The position numbers and the translations under genes are program-made. A DNA stretch of 64,000 nucleotides from Candidatus Dormiibacterota bacterium (GTDB lineage Bacteria > Chloroflexota > Dormibacteria > CF-121): positions 7,939-71,938 of the forward strand of contig DATEHI010000052.1 of assembly GCA_035279665.1 (NCBI GenBank), given 5' to 3'. Below the pieces are notes generated by a model. The model did not search any database and was not told the origin of the DNA. It saw nothing but the letters and a program-made list of their open reading frames with translations. Of the stretch, positions 23,446 through 33,875 are shown piece after piece (the stretch's first letter is position 1; each line of letters opens with the position of its first letter).

Positions 23446-23655
23446 ATGAATCTCTTCCGGTCGGAAGAGCACATTACACGCTGGCTCGGGGGACGCAACC
23501 CTGGGGCGACCACAAGCGTCACGAAACTCAGCGAGCTGGCGCATGCCTGGTGGGCTGACCGGCTGTCGCCGGATTGGGTCCCGCACACGCGCGATCAGAA
23601 CCAGGCGATTCTCGATCGCCTGGGATTGACCGGCGAGTCGTGGAGGCTGCCCTAG
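23446..23655 (+). CDS. Small ORF in the same frame as, and 2 codons downstream of, the MerB-like gene (possible C-terminal remainder)
   Basis: Same reading frame (both positions are 1 mod 3). The combined length (147+69 aa) roughly matches full-length MerB (about 212 aa). Confidence 0.35.
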   Translation: MNLFRSEEHITRWLGGRNPGATTSVTKLSELAHAWWADRLSPDWVPHTRDQNQAILDRLGLTGESWRLP

Positions 23656-23677
23656 GCTCGCCGCCACGGCAACAACA

Positions 23678-25060
23678 TCAGCGGGATACAGCGAGTTGTT
23701 GTGTCCAGTGGTAGCCGCCGTCGCTCGTGGCGGCAATCACCCAGGCCCCACTGGTGTTGTGCGCGAGCACCCAACCGGTCGATGGCGTCACAAAAGCCGC
23801 GTCGAGCGTCTCCACAGCGTCCGCGATTGCTCCCGTGGCCTTCAAGGTCGCCCCTCCGTTGCTGGCGAGCATGGTGGTCGCGGCGTTGGCCGGCGGCGTA
23901 TCACCGACAAAGACTGCGTCCGACGGATCTACCACACTGAAGCTTCCCGGATACGAACCGGGACCGGCCGGAACACCTGGCAAGCTGTTGCCGATCGTGC
24001 CGGACTCAGCCATCACGGTGCGCCAGTGTTGTCCATCGACAGTGGCATAGACGACGTACGGCACATGTCCGGCTGCGGCGCCACCGGGCGACCACTGCAC
24101 CCAGAGTGCCGACGACGCCGCGCATTCGACGCGAGCCCACCCGGTCAGACCGGGCTGACTGCTGGCCATCTGGAGAACCTGGTTCCAGCTCTGGCCGCCA
24201 TCTTGACTGCGGAAGACTGCTCCCGATAGGCTGGCCAACCAGCCATGGGCGTCGTCGCTGAAGCAGACCGACTGGGGGTCGCCGCCCGGGTCGCCAGGAC
24301 CGTTCAATTCCGTCCACGTGCGACCGCCATCATTCGACACGATCAGGGTGCTTCCGCCGCCCCCCGGGATCAGGGTACCGTGCATGATCAGCGGCTCGTT
24401 GCCACCCGCGATTCCCCAACCGTGCGTCGCACTGACGAAGTGAACGGATCGAATCAACTGCCGCGCCTCGCCAAGCTGGTGCCAGCTCCGCCCGCCGTCG
24501 GTGGTTCCGAGCAGCGTCCGGCCACCTACAACCCAGCCAGTCGTGCTGCTGATGAAGTCAACGCCGACGTAGTCCTCGGTAGATAAATACTGCTTCGTCC
24601 AATGCATCCCGTCGCTGGTCGTGTAGATAGCGTGCGAGCCCACCGCCCAGCCCAAGTGCGCACCGACCATTTGAATCGACGCCAGCGCCGGAACCGATCC
24701 GGGCACTGCGCCTGACGGCGGTACCACTGAGGGCGTTGGGGTTGGCGTCGGCACCGGCGTCGCCGTCGGTTGGGCACTTGCGCTCGGCGTCGGCGTGGTG
24801 ATGCTGACTGGCGGGGTGACGACAGGCGACGGCCGGCCCAGGTTGTGGAGCTGGATCGCGCCGAACGTGATCACGAGGCCGGCCACCAGCACGCCAGCGG
24901 CCATGGCGAAGGCCGGAACGATGCTTCGCTGGGCAGCCGGTCGAGCAGCGGCCAGGCCGTTCGTCAACGAGCCGGCCAGGCTGGCCGGCGGGTTGGCCTC
25001 CCGCCGAAACGCCTGCGCATAGCGGCGGAGGCGGTCTTCACCCATTGAATCCTTTTCCAT
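23678..25060 (-). CDS. Anti-sigma factor with transmembrane segment, Pro/Thr-rich linker and extracytoplasmic BNR/Ycf48-like beta-propeller domain
   Basis: N-terminal cytoplasmic anti-sigma region, one TM (IVPAFAMAAGVLVAGLVITFGAI), a PT-rich linker and repeated S-x-DGG-x-W motifs (TDGGRSWHQ, NDGGRTWTE, QDGGQSWNQ, SDGGYHWTQ). The start overlaps the sigma gene stop. Confidence 0.75.
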   Translation of the reverse strand: MEKDSMGEDRLRRYAQAFRREANPPASLAGSLTNGLAAARPAAQRSIVPAFAMAAGVLVAGLVITFGAIQLHNLGRPSPVVTPPVSITTPTPSASAQPTATPVPTPTPTPSVVPPSGAVPGSVPALASIQMVGAHLGWAVGSHAIYTTSDGMHWTKQYLSTEDYVGVDFISSTTGWVVGGRTLLGTTDGGRSWHQLGEARQLIRSVHFVSATHGWGIAGGNEPLIMHGTLIPGGGGSTLIVSNDGGRTWTELNGPGDPGGDPQSVCFSDDAHGWLASLSGAVFRSQDGGQSWNQVLQMASSQPGLTGWARVECAASSALWVQWSPGGAAAGHVPYVVYATVDGQHWRTVMAESGTIGNSLPGVPAGPGSYPGSFSVVDPSDAVFVGDTPPANAATTMLASNGGATLKATGAIADAVETLDAAFVTPSTGWVLAHNTSGAWVIAATSDGGYHWTQQLAVSR

Positions 25061-25590
25061 CAGTTCGACTGCTCCTGGATGTTCAGTGTGGGAGCCAGGC
25101 GGCGCAGCTTCTGCACCGTGCGATGCAACATGACACGCACGGTCGCGGGCTTGATCCCCAACGAGCGGCTGATCTCATCGGCAGGCTGGTCTTCGAAGTA
25201 ATAGAGGTAGGCGACCTGACGTTCGCGCGGAGACAGCGAGCGGAGCAGGCGGCCCACTTCCTGGTCGCCGACTCGCCGCTCAATCTCCGCCATGGGATCG
25301 GGCGAGGCGGGTGCGAAGAAACGGATCCGCCGGGCCAGCGCCTGGCGCCGGCGGTAATCGGTGGCCCGGCTCGCCACGATTCGATACAGGTAGCGTCGGA
25401 AGTCGGCCAGCTCCGAAGGCGTACCGGGCGACGCCCAGAGTTGGGTGAAGGCCTCTTGCAGGACCTCCTCAGCGATGGCGGGATTCTGAGTAAGCATCAG
25501 GCTGAACTGGTAGGCGGGACGCGCCAGTAGCCGAACGTGTGCTTCGAACCACGGACGGTCGGCAGCGGGCAGCGTGGCCTCCTTTCTCAT
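25060..25590 (-). CDS. ECF-type RNA polymerase sigma-70 factor
   Basis: Sigma-70 region 2 (FRRYLYRIVASRATDYRRRQ) and region 4 (LSPRERQVAYLYYFEDQPADEISRSLGIKPATVRVMLHR). Confidence 0.9.
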   Translation of the reverse strand: MRKEATLPAADRPWFEAHVRLLARPAYQFSLMLTQNPAIAEEVLQEAFTQLWASPGTPSELADFRRYLYRIVASRATDYRRRQALARRIRFFAPASPDPMAEIERRVGDQEVGRLLRSLSPRERQVAYLYYFEDQPADEISRSLGIKPATVRVMLHRTVQKLRRLAPTLNIQEQSN

Positions 25591-25720
25591 CGGTACTACG
25601 AACGGCAGCCCCAGAACGTTTACATCGAGAAACGCCCCGGGAAAGCCGCTGGTTACTGAAGCAAATCAGCGTAATCGGCCCGACCCTGAAGCGAGTGGCG
25701 GATCGGCGCATCATTGAACA

Positions 25721-26875
25721 ATGAGGAAGATCCTCGTCGTCGCGACCGGTGGCGCCGGCGGCGACCTGCCGCCCCTGGTCGCCGCAAGCCTGGCCCTGCG
25801 TGAGCGGGGCTACGGCACCGTCTTTATCGGCGATGCGTCGGTACAGCGCACACTCGCTCCGCTCAGGGTGGTGGTCGAACTCCTTCCCACAGAGCTCGAC
25901 CTCGGTCCTCGGCTGGCAAGGCTGGTCCAGGATGCGATGCAGGCGTCGGGGGGTGAGCTGGCAAAGGCCGGTCCATTGCTTCAACGCGGCATGACCGTGT
26001 GGGCGCACGACGTGGCGGCGCCGATCTCCCTGGCGATCGATCGTCATCGACCGACGGCGATCGTCGCCTCTCTCTTTGGCGTCGAGGCGGTTGACGCCAC
26101 CTGCCCACCGTGTCCCTGGGCGGTCGTAAACAGCACCTTTTACATTGGCCCCAACCCGCCGCGGCCCGTTGAGGAGGACTTTGGCCCGCGGGCGATCCCC
26201 CTGGTCACGCGCTACGCGGAATTGCTCGAGGGGGCGGACCTCGTCTTGCACGCCACGGACCAGGTCTTCGACTACTCCTTTGACCGCCTGCCGTCTCGTC
26301 ATCACTATGTCGGACCGCTCGGCATCTGGGAGCCACCTCGAGAACGTCCGCCCTACCTTCGAGAACCAGGCGATCCGTGGGTCCTCGTGTCGATCAGCTC
26401 ACAGCGACAGGACGACGTCGCGCTCGCCGACGCGGCCGTTCGCGCGCTCGCCACTGAGCCGCTGCGAGTTCTCGTCACGCTTGGCGCGGAACACGAGCCC
26501 TCAGAGCTCTCAGCAGATCCCCCGAACCTGCAGGTCGAAAACACCGTTTCGCATGCGGCGGTATTGGAGCAAGCCGCGCTGCTCGTCAGCCACGCGGGTC
26601 ATGGGAGCGTCATGAAGGCGCTGTGGCACGGGAAGCCGATGGTGCTCATCCCCTGGGGCCGTGATCAACCAGGGGTCGCCGCACGAGCCGAGGCGCTCGG
26701 TGTCGCCGAGGTCGTGCCGCGCGAGCAAGCAACGCCCGAAACCATCGGCGCCGCCGTGAAGCGGGCGCTCGTCAATCAGGAGATGGGCCATAGGGCCGCG
26801 AAGCATTCCGCTCGATTACGCGCGACGAATCCGCCGGCAACGGCGGCGGGCCACCTCGCGTCACTGCTCGAATGA
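25721..26875 (+). CDS. Glycosyltransferase family 1 (UDP-glycosyltransferase / MGT-like)
   Basis: GT1 C-terminal signature HAGHGSVMKALWHGKPMVLIPWGRDQPGVAARAEALGVAEVV and N-terminal ILVVATGGAGGDLPP. Confidence 0.85.
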   Translation: MRKILVVATGGAGGDLPPLVAASLALRERGYGTVFIGDASVQRTLAPLRVVVELLPTELDLGPRLARLVQDAMQASGGELAKAGPLLQRGMTVWAHDVAAPISLAIDRHRPTAIVASLFGVEAVDATCPPCPWAVVNSTFYIGPNPPRPVEEDFGPRAIPLVTRYAELLEGADLVLHATDQVFDYSFDRLPSRHHYVGPLGIWEPPRERPPYLREPGDPWVLVSISSQRQDDVALADAAVRALATEPLRVLVTLGAEHEPSELSADPPNLQVENTVSHAAVLEQAALLVSHAGHGSVMKALWHGKPMVLIPWGRDQPGVAARAEALGVAEVVPREQATPETIGAAVKRALVNQEMGHRAAKHSARLRATNPPATAAGHLASLLE

Positions 26876-26879
26876 GCGA

Positions 26880-27470
26880 CTACGGCATTGCCGCCGGAAG
26901 CCAGGCCGACCGGGCTGTCTCGTAGCGGGCGATAGCGGCCTCCTGTCGCAGCGTCAGCGCGACCTCGTCCCAACCGTTGAGGAGGCACTCGCGGTAAAAC
27001 GGGTCGATCGTGAAGGACGTCTCGAATCCGCCCGCGACGATCCGCTGGGCCGCGAGGTCGACCGTGACCTCCATCCCTGGCTCCTCGGTGGCGAGACGGA
27101 TCAGCTCGGCAACCTGAGGGTCAGGGAGCTCGACCGGGAGCAGCCCGCTACGAAAGCTGTTGCTCTTGAAGATGTCGCCGAAGGAGGGCGCGATCACGAC
27201 GCGAAACCCGGCGTCCAGTAACGACCAGGCCGCGTGCTCGCGCGACGAGCCGCAGCCGAAGTTCTCGCCGGTGACCAGGACTGACGCCCCCCGGTACGCC
27301 GCCGTGTCGAGGATGAACTCGCCGTTACGCCGCCAGTCGTAGAAGAGGAAGGGCCCGAAGCCCGAACGCTCGATCCGTTTGAGGAATTGCTTGGGAATGA
27401 TCTGGTCGGTGTCGACGTTCGACCGATCCAGCGGGGCGAGCACGCCGGTGACACGAGTGAAGGCCTCCAT
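26880..27470 (-). CDS. leuD: 3-isopropylmalate dehydratase small subunit
   Basis: [31 protein letters not shown]... is typical of LeuD. The ATG overlaps the leuC stop. The upstream extension to 27674 is rejected. Confidence 0.9.
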   Translation of the reverse strand: MEAFTRVTGVLAPLDRSNVDTDQIIPKQFLKRIERSGFGPFLFYDWRRNGEFILDTAAYRGASVLVTGENFGCGSSREHAAWSLLDAGFRVVIAPSFGDIFKSNSFRSGLLPVELPDPQVAELIRLATEEPGMEVTVDLAAQRIVAGGFETSFTIDPFYRECLLNGWDEVALTLRQEAAIARYETARSAWLPAAMP

Positions 27471-28873
27471 CAGTTCCTCGAGAATTCCCTCACGTCGACC
27501 AGGTGGCCGGCGATCGCTGCCGCGGCCGCCATCGGTGGGCTGACCAGGTGGGTGCGGCCTCCACTCCCCTGCCGGCCTTCGAAATTGCGGTTGCTCGTCG
27601 ATGCGCATCGCTCGCCCGGCCCGAGGATGTCGGGATTCATGCCGAGGCACATGGAGCAGCCCGCATCGCGCCACTCGAAGCCGGCCGCGCGAAACACCGC
27701 ATCCAGTCCCTCGGCCTCCGCCTGATGCTTGACGCTGGCGGAGCCCGGCACGACCATCGCCCGAACCTTCGGATGGACCATCTGGCCGCGGATCACGGCG
27801 GCCGCCAGGCGGAGGTCCTCGAGACGGGCATTGGTGCAGGAGCCTATAAAGACGCGGTCGATCGCGATCGCCTCGATCTTCGTTCCCGGCTCGAGCGCCA
27901 TGTAGGTGAGCGCCCGGGCATCGGTTTCAGTTGCCGGCTTCGGGACGCTCCCGGTTACTGGCACTGACTGGCCGGGGTTGGTTCCCCAGGTCACGTATGG
28001 CTCGAGGTGCGTGGCGTCGATCGTGACCTCCTGGTCGAATTGCGCGTCAGCCTCCGTCGCCAGCGCCTTCCAGCGCGCGATCGCCTCCTCCCAGTGCTCA
28101 TCGCGGGGCGCATGCGGTCGCCCTTTCAAGTAGGCGAACGTCGTCTCATCCGGCGCCACCATCCCGGCGCGAGCGCCGCCCTCGATCGTCATGTTGCAGA
28201 CCGTCATCCGCCCCTCCATCGACAGCGCCCGCATGGTCGACCCGCGGTACTCGATGACGTGACCTCGGCCGCCGTCGACGCCGATCCTGGCGATGATGCC
28301 GAGCGCAACGTCTTTGGCAGTCACGCCGAGCGGTAGCGCGCCGTCGACCGTCACCGCCATCGTCTTCGGCCGGCGTTGCCGCAAACACTGGGTGGCGAGG
28401 ACGTGCTCGACCTCGGATGTCCCGATGCCGAAGGCGAGCGCGCCGAAGGCGCCGTGGGTCGAGGTGTGCGAGTCGCCGCACACGATCAGCAGGCCGGGCT
28501 GGCTGAGGCCAAGCTCCGGCCCGATGACGTGGACGATCCCCTGGCGGGCGTGCCCCATACCGTAGAGGGCAATGCCCTCCTGCCGGCAGTTGGATTCGAG
28601 CGCCGACATCTGACGTTCCGCGATCTCGTCGGCCGCCGGCCGCCCACCACGCGTCGGCACGTCATGGTCCATGGTCGCCACCGTGAGGTCGGGCCGGCGA
28701 ACCCGCCGGTTGGCCAGCCGCAAGCTCTCGAACGCCTGAGGTGAGGTCACCTCGTGGACCAGGTGGAGATCGACATAGAGCAGGTCCGGGTCACCGTGGC
28801 CCGCGGCGACGATGTGCTGGTCCCAGATCTTGGCGATCATGGTTCGCCCCTTCACGGTAGTCATTGGGCCCAC
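27470..28873 (-). CDS. leuC: 3-isopropylmalate dehydratase large subunit (aconitase family)
   Basis: Aconitase-family motifs ([35 protein letters not shown]-like NAMC region). The start may be one of the internal Met codons (M4 or M12). Confidence 0.9.
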   Translation of the reverse strand: MGPMTTVKGRTMIAKIWDQHIVAAGHGDPDLLYVDLHLVHEVTSPQAFESLRLANRRVRRPDLTVATMDHDVPTRGGRPAADEIAERQMSALESNCRQEGIALYGMGHARQGIVHVIGPELGLSQPGLLIVCGDSHTSTHGAFGALAFGIGTSEVEHVLATQCLRQRRPKTMAVTVDGALPLGVTAKDVALGIIARIGVDGGRGHVIEYRGSTMRALSMEGRMTVCNMTIEGGARAGMVAPDETTFAYLKGRPHAPRDEHWEEAIARWKALATEADAQFDQEVTIDATHLEPYVTWGTNPGQSVPVTGSVPKPATETDARALTYMALEPGTKIEAIAIDRVFIGSCTNARLEDLRLAAAVIRGQMVHPKVRAMVVPGSASVKHQAEAEGLDAVFRAAGFEWRDAGCSMCLGMNPDILGPGERCASTSNRNFEGRQGSGGRTHLVSPPMAAAAAIAGHLVDVREFSRN

Positions 28874-28882
28874 AGTTCCAAC

Positions 28883-30577
28883 CTACCTTGTCTCGGCGAG
28901 GGCTCGCACCCGCAAGGCGAGTAGCAGGTCGAGTCGGGCGTCGGCGTCCTTGAGGTCGACCCCGGTGACCTCGCTGATCCGGCGAAGCCGGTAATGAAGC
29001 GTGTTGAGGTGAATGTGCAGGTCACGCGACGACTGCCGGAGGTTGCCATGCCGCTGTAGGTAGACCTCGAGCGTCTTCAGTAACGGCGTGCCACGGGCAC
29101 GGTCGTAGTCGACCAGCGGCGCCAGCATTCGGCCGGCAAAGGCGTCCAGGCCGGCTCGATCTTCGACCTGCGCCAGCAGCCGGTAGACGCCCAGCCGCTC
29201 GTAGTTGATGACCTGCTCGCGTTTGCCGAAGCGCACCATCAGGTCGAGCGCGCGCTGGGCTTCGACGAAGGCGGGCTTGAAGTCTTCCGGCTTCACGCAG
29301 AGCCGGCCGATCGAGACCGACACCGTGATGCCGAGCTCCGACTCGGCGACGGCCTCGCGGATCCGCGTGGCCAGGCCCTCGGCCTCGGGGTCCATGCCGT
29401 CAGCAGGTTGGGGTACCAGCACGATGACGCTATCGCTGTGGGCGCTGACCAGGTGGCGCGGATGCTGCCGGCGAACTGCGCCGGTCACCACCTGGAACAG
29501 CTGATGCTTGAGCGCGATGACGCGCCCTTCCTCGTAGCGTCGCTCTCTGATGAACCGTCCGAAGTGATCCACGTCCACCACCAGCAGCCGGTGTGGCACC
29601 GACAGGTCATAGCGAAGATGTCGCGCCCGGCGCTGCACGTTCGCCTGATCGCCAAAGGTGCCGTTGAGCAGGTCATCGACCAGCTCGCCGCGCACGCGGT
29701 CCTCGGCTTCCGCCACCTCGCGCTGTTTGATCATCTCGAGCGCTATCACCGTGGCGGCGTGCTCGACGGCGATCATAGCGAGCTCCTCGAGATGCTGGGG
29801 ATGGTCGATGATCGAGAGCAAGCCGAGGTGCTCGCGCCCGGCGAGGACCGGCGTGATGATGCGGGGCGCGGTCAGCCCAAGTTCGGGAAATGGGGGAACC
29901 TTACGGGGGACGCGGCCGACGACCACCTCGTGCAGCATGGCTTTGATGGCGGCGGACTGCTGGACCTTGGGCGGCGTGCCGTGGTGGGCGAGCGTCTGCT
30001 GCCGGTGCTTGTCTGTGACGCCGGGAACGACGTGGCTGGCCAGCAGCCGGAAGCTCGCGTCTTCCAGCGCGATCGAGCTCTCGACCAGCTCGCCAAGCTT
30101 CTTGACGATCACCTCCAGGCCCTGGCCGTCCAGGGCGAGGTCGGTGAACTGCCGGTGGATCTCGATCGAGCGCCGGAGCTGGCTGTTCTGGGCGTTGATG
30201 ATCCGCTCCAGGATCGGGTTCATGATCTCCAGGTAGGAGACGTCCGGTGGGATCCGGATCAGAGGAATCTTGAATTCGTCCGCCTGGCCAAGCATGTCCT
30301 CCGGGATCTGGGGAAGGTAACGCTCTGGCTTGATGACCAGCCCGGCGGAGCCGACCGCGGCCAGGTTGCGCATCAGGTCCTTCTGGGCCGCCTGGTCATC
30401 CTTGATGGCGAACGCCACGGTCAGCAGGAGCTCGCCCTCCGCGAGCCAACTGATCGTCTCTGGGGATTCGAGTACCTTGACCCAGGTGATCGTGCGGTCG
30501 AGGCCGCCGGCCCCGGCCAGGACCTCGCCCCTCCTCAACCCCCCCAGCGCCATCGCTTCCCGGACTGTGAGCGCCAT
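28883..30577 (-). CDS. PucR/CdaR-family transcriptional regulator
   Basis: C-terminal PucR HTH (LHIHLNTLHYRLRRISEVTGVDLKD) and N-terminal GGDEF-like/PucR sensor region. Located between leuCD and the divergent ilv/leu operon. Confidence 0.85.
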   Translation of the reverse strand: MALTVREAMALGGLRRGEVLAGAGGLDRTITWVKVLESPETISWLAEGELLLTVAFAIKDDQAAQKDLMRNLAAVGSAGLVIKPERYLPQIPEDMLGQADEFKIPLIRIPPDVSYLEIMNPILERIINAQNSQLRRSIEIHRQFTDLALDGQGLEVIVKKLGELVESSIALEDASFRLLASHVVPGVTDKHRQQTLAHHGTPPKVQQSAAIKAMLHEVVVGRVPRKVPPFPELGLTAPRIITPVLAGREHLGLLSIIDHPQHLEELAMIAVEHAATVIALEMIKQREVAEAEDRVRGELVDDLLNGTFGDQANVQRRARHLRYDLSVPHRLLVVDVDHFGRFIRERRYEEGRVIALKHQLFQVVTGAVRRQHPRHLVSAHSDSVIVLVPQPADGMDPEAEGLATRIREAVAESELGITVSVSIGRLCVKPEDFKPAFVEAQRALDLMVRFGKREQVINYERLGVYRLLAQVEDRAGLDAFAGRMLAPLVDYDRARGTPLLKTLEVYLQRHGNLRQSSRDLHIHLNTLHYRLRRISEVTGVDLKDADARLDLLLALRVRALAETR

Positions 30578-30862
30578 GGGAGTGACTAGTATGCCTCAAG
30601 CGCGGGCTGGCGTGAAGGACCAAAGGAACCAACGACTTTTAGATGGTTTGCACAATAGACTCGGGCGCCTGAGGCTGGTAGCGTTTCGGGTTGAGTCAAC
30701 CGGCGTTGATGGGGATTTACTCACCCCCGGAGCTGGCCGGCTCGACAAGAGCGGCGGCCGTGGCCGCAAGCAGGGTGGTACCGCGGGAGGGGATCCTCTC
30801 GTCCTTGCAGCAGGAACGTGTCGTTCGAGCCAGCCAGCTGCAACGAGGAGGAAGGTACCAAA

Positions 30863-31053
30863 TGGCCAGCTACACCATCGAGATCCCTGACGGGCTGCAC
30901 CACGAGATCCAGGAGCGGCGGCACCAGATCGACGTGGCGGATATCTGCACCCAGGCGCTGACCGCCGCCGTCGCCGGAAGGCCCACCGAGGCCCATCCGT
31001 TCGGGCGCGGACACGAGGTCACCGAAGCGATCAATCGCATGTTCAGTGGTTGA
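30863..31053 (+). CDS. Small ribbon-helix-helix-like protein (63 aa)
   Basis: Strong SD GGAGGA 8 nt upstream of the ATG. MASYTIEIPDGLHHEIQERRH fits the RHH beta-strand plus helix pattern of CopG/antitoxin-like DNA-binding proteins. Immediately upstream of the TPP enzyme gene. Confidence 0.5.
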
Positions 31054-31068
31054 GAGGCGTCGAATCTG

Positions 31069-32865
31069 ATGAGTACTGAAATGATCGACCGCGTCGAGCA
31101 GGAGCTGACACCGTTTGGGCCAGCGCCACTGGAGCGCACCAGCGGCAACTTCTGGCTGATCGAGACGCTGCGGCGCTGGGGCATCACCTCTTACGCGGGT
31201 GTCAACGGTGGTGGCCTCATCCACGTGACCAAGCACCTCGAGCCGTTGTCCGACCCCTCGGAAGCTACCGACGGCGCACCGCGGATGCTGACGATGGGCG
31301 AGTACGTCGCCGGCTTCGTCCCACTCGGCTACTACCTCGCCTCCGGCCGGGTCGCCGGCTGCATCACCACTACCGGCGCCGCCACCAAGTTGGGAGGGAG
31401 CGGTCTGACGGACGCCAAGCTGCACAACATCCCGGCCGTCTATCTGGTCGCCCTCAACTCCACGCTATCGATCGGCCAGGCGCCGCTCCAGGACGTGTCG
31501 GTCCACGGCATGAACATCGTGCCGCAACTCCAGGCGGAGCTAGGTGACGGCTGCATCGTGATCGACGACATCGACACCATGGAGGAGCAGCTCGAGCGGG
31601 CCCAGGCGATCTTGATGGAATCCAAGCCGATCGCCATCGCCTTTTATCCGGACATCCTCTCGAAGGACGTCGAGGTCGACGTGCCCTCACGTCTCCGCCC
31701 CCGCGGCTTTCGACCGCAGGACGTGGAGCGCTTCCTTCAGGACTTTCCACAGATCGCCGACGGGCGCCGGGTCGTCATCTATGTCGGCAGTGAGGCCGCG
31801 CGCTGGCCGGGCATGCCGGCCTTGACCACCCAGCTGTCGGAGTTGCTGCAGGCCCCCACTGTCTGGTCGGTCAACGGGGCCAATGCCGTTTCCCCCGACA
31901 ACCGCTTCGGCTTCGGCTACATCTCCTTCGGCGGCAACGACGAGGCGATGAAGCTCTGGCGAAGTGTCGGTCCCGACGACTGCGTCATCACGCTCGGCTT
32001 CGACCCGGGCGAATATTCCCTCAACCTGGCGACGATACCTGCTGGACAGGTGTGGAACTTCACCGGGTGGACGGAGCAGTACGGCCACATCGCCGGCGAG
32101 TTCCGCCATCGCGTTCGTGGCAACTACGACGTCGTGCACGGGGACCTGGACGCCGTTCTCGAAGAGGTTATTCCGCAGCTCTCGAAGCGTGGCGTCGGCC
32201 GGCGGCCATCGATGGCTGTGCCCGAGCGCCTCAATACGCGCCAGATCTCTCGTGACGTGCGCGAGGGTAGCGTCGACTTCATCCGCTTTTACGAGCAGCT
32301 GCACCAATCGTGGCGGCCGAACAGCATCGGGTTCGACGATGTCTGCATCGCCTACAAGGATCGGCAGTACGTCACCCAGCGACCCCATCCCTGGATTCCG
32401 TTCCACAGTACCCACGACGGGTCGGCGATGGGCGGCGGGTTCGGGCTCGGCGTCGGGGCAAAGATGGCCGACCCGACCCTGCACACCTTCGTCTTCTCCG
32501 GCGACGGCTGCTGGCGCCTGTTCGGCGGCGCGCTGGCCGACGCCGCCAATCTCGACCTGCGGCTCTTCATCATCAACAACGGCGTCTACGGGATCGTCGA
32601 CAAAGGCCTCGAGGTCGTCATCCCCGACGTCGAGAAGCGGCGCTACCATTCGACGCTGCCGACGATCGACTTCGTCGGTGCGGCGAAGGCGCATGGCTGG
32701 GACGGCTACCGGGTGAAGCCGGACTTGAGCAATCTCAAGGAGATCATGGACGCCTGCTACGAGACCTCGGGCCAGTCAATCCTGATCGACGTGCCGGTCG
32801 ACGCCGACCAGGTGATCGGCCTGAACCCTCGGCTGAACAACCTGACGACCAAGACGTACCTCTAA
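31069..32865 (+). CDS. Thiamine-diphosphate-dependent enzyme of the acetolactate synthase/pyruvate oxidase family (divergent; candidate ilvB-equivalent)
   Basis: Three-domain DC-family architecture. C-terminal TPP motif [12 protein letters not shown]...FIINNGVYG. Central GFDPGEYS resembles AlsS IGYDPIEYD. The N-terminal Pyr domain is divergent. The stop overlaps the ilvC ATG (TAATG). Confidence 0.75.
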   Translation: MSTEMIDRVEQELTPFGPAPLERTSGNFWLIETLRRWGITSYAGVNGGGLIHVTKHLEPLSDPSEATDGAPRMLTMGEYVAGFVPLGYYLASGRVAGCITTTGAATKLGGSGLTDAKLHNIPAVYLVALNSTLSIGQAPLQDVSVHGMNIVPQLQAELGDGCIVIDDIDTMEEQLERAQAILMESKPIAIAFYPDILSKDVEVDVPSRLRPRGFRPQDVERFLQDFPQIADGRRVVIYVGSEAARWPGMPALTTQLSELLQAPTVWSVNGANAVSPDNRFGFGYISFGGNDEAMKLWRSVGPDDCVITLGFDPGEYSLNLATIPAGQVWNFTGWTEQYGHIAGEFRHRVRGNYDVVHGDLDAVLEEVIPQLSKRGVGRRPSMAVPERLNTRQISRDVREGSVDFIRFYEQLHQSWRPNSIGFDDVCIAYKDRQYVTQRPHPWIPFHSTHDGSAMGGGFGLGVGAKMADPTLHTFVFSGDGCWRLFGGALADAANLDLRLFIINNGVYGIVDKGLEVVIPDVEKRRYHSTLPTIDFVGAAKAHGWDGYRVKPDLSNLKEIMDACYETSGQSILIDVPVDADQVIGLNPRLNNLTTKTYL

Positions 32866-33875
32866 TGGCCAAGGTCTACCACGACGACGACGCCGACATG
32901 GCGGCGCTGGCGGGCCAGCGAGTCGCGGTCATCGGCTACGGCAGCCAGGGCCACGCCCATGCCTTGAACCTGCAGGACAGTGGCGTCGATGTCGTGGTCG
33001 GCCTCTACAAGGGCAGTAAGTCCTGGGAGGCGGCGGAAAAGGAAGACCTGCGGGTCGAGACGGTCGAGAAGGCCGTCGAGCTGGGCAACCTGGTGATGAT
33101 GCTCGTGCCCGATCAGACGCAGAAGCGACTCTACGATGAAGTGGTCAAGCCGAACTTAAAGCCGGGCAGCGCGCTGATGTTCGCGCACGGCTTCAACATC
33201 CACTTCAGCCAGATCCTGCCGGCGGCTGATATCGACGTCACCATGGTCGCGCCCAAAGGGCCCGGCCACATCGTGCGCCGGCTCTTCAAAGAGCGGGTCG
33301 GCGTACCGGCGCTCTTTGCCGTCCACCAGGACACGACCGGCAAGGCGCGCGCCCGCACGCTCGCCTACGCCCGCGGGATCGGCTCGACCATGGCGGGCGT
33401 GCTGGAGACGACGTTCAAAGAGGAGACCGAGACCGACCTCTTCGGTGAGCAGGCGGTCCTCTGTGGTGGACTCACCTCGCTCGTCAAGACCGGCTTCGAC
33501 ACGCTGGTAGAAGCCGGCTACCAGCCGGAGCTCGCCTATTTCGAGTGCCTGCACGAGATGAAGCTGATCGTCGACCTGATGTACCAGGGCGGCATGAGCT
33601 ACATGCGCTACAGCATCAGCGACACCGCCGAGTTCGGCGACTACGTCAGCGGCCCCCGGATCATCAGCCCCGCGGTCCGCGAGGAGATGCGCCAGATCCT
33701 CCGCGAGATCCAGGACGGCACCTTCGCCCGCACCTGGATCCTGGAAAACCAGGCGGGCCGGCCCGCCTTCAACGCCTCCCGGCAGCGCGCCAAGGGCGAG
33801 CTGATCGAGAAGGTCGGCTCGGAGCTGCGCGCCATGATGCCCTGGCTGAAAGCCGACAAGAAGGCCAGCAACTGA
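32865..33875 (+). CDS. ilvC: Ketol-acid reductoisomerase (class I, short form)
   Basis: [22 protein letters not shown] motif and conserved KARI core throughout. Confidence 0.95.
   Translation: MAKVYHDDDADMAALAGQRVAVIGYGSQGHAHALNLQDSGVDVVVGLYKGSKSWEAAEKEDLRVETVEKAVELGNLVMMLVPDQTQKRLYDEVVKPNLKPGSALMFAHGFNIHFSQILPAADIDVTMVAPKGPGHIVRRLFKERVGVPALFAVHQDTTGKARARTLAYARGIGSTMAGVLETTFKEETETDLFGEQAVLCGGLTSLVKTGFDTLVEAGYQPELAYFECLHEMKLIVDLMYQGGMSYMRYSISDTAEFGDYVSGPRIISPAVREEMRQILREIQDGTFARTWILENQAGRPAFNASRQRAKGELIEKVGSELRAMMPWLKADKKASN

Noticed and set aside
25591-25720. ECF-type autoregulatory promoter (GTAAC-N17-CGTT on minus strand) upstream of the sigma gene at 25590
   Set aside because: The match to the GGAAC/CGTC-type consensus is weak and I cannot score it without a position weight matrix. 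Not reported as a feature.
30578-30862. Possible T-box or leader-peptide attenuator upstream of the ilv/leu operon
   Set aside because: No T-box consensus (AGGGUGGNACCGCG) and no Ile/Val/Leu-rich leader peptide with a terminator/antiterminator pair could be recognised by eye. The RHH ORF with a strong SD explains most of the region.
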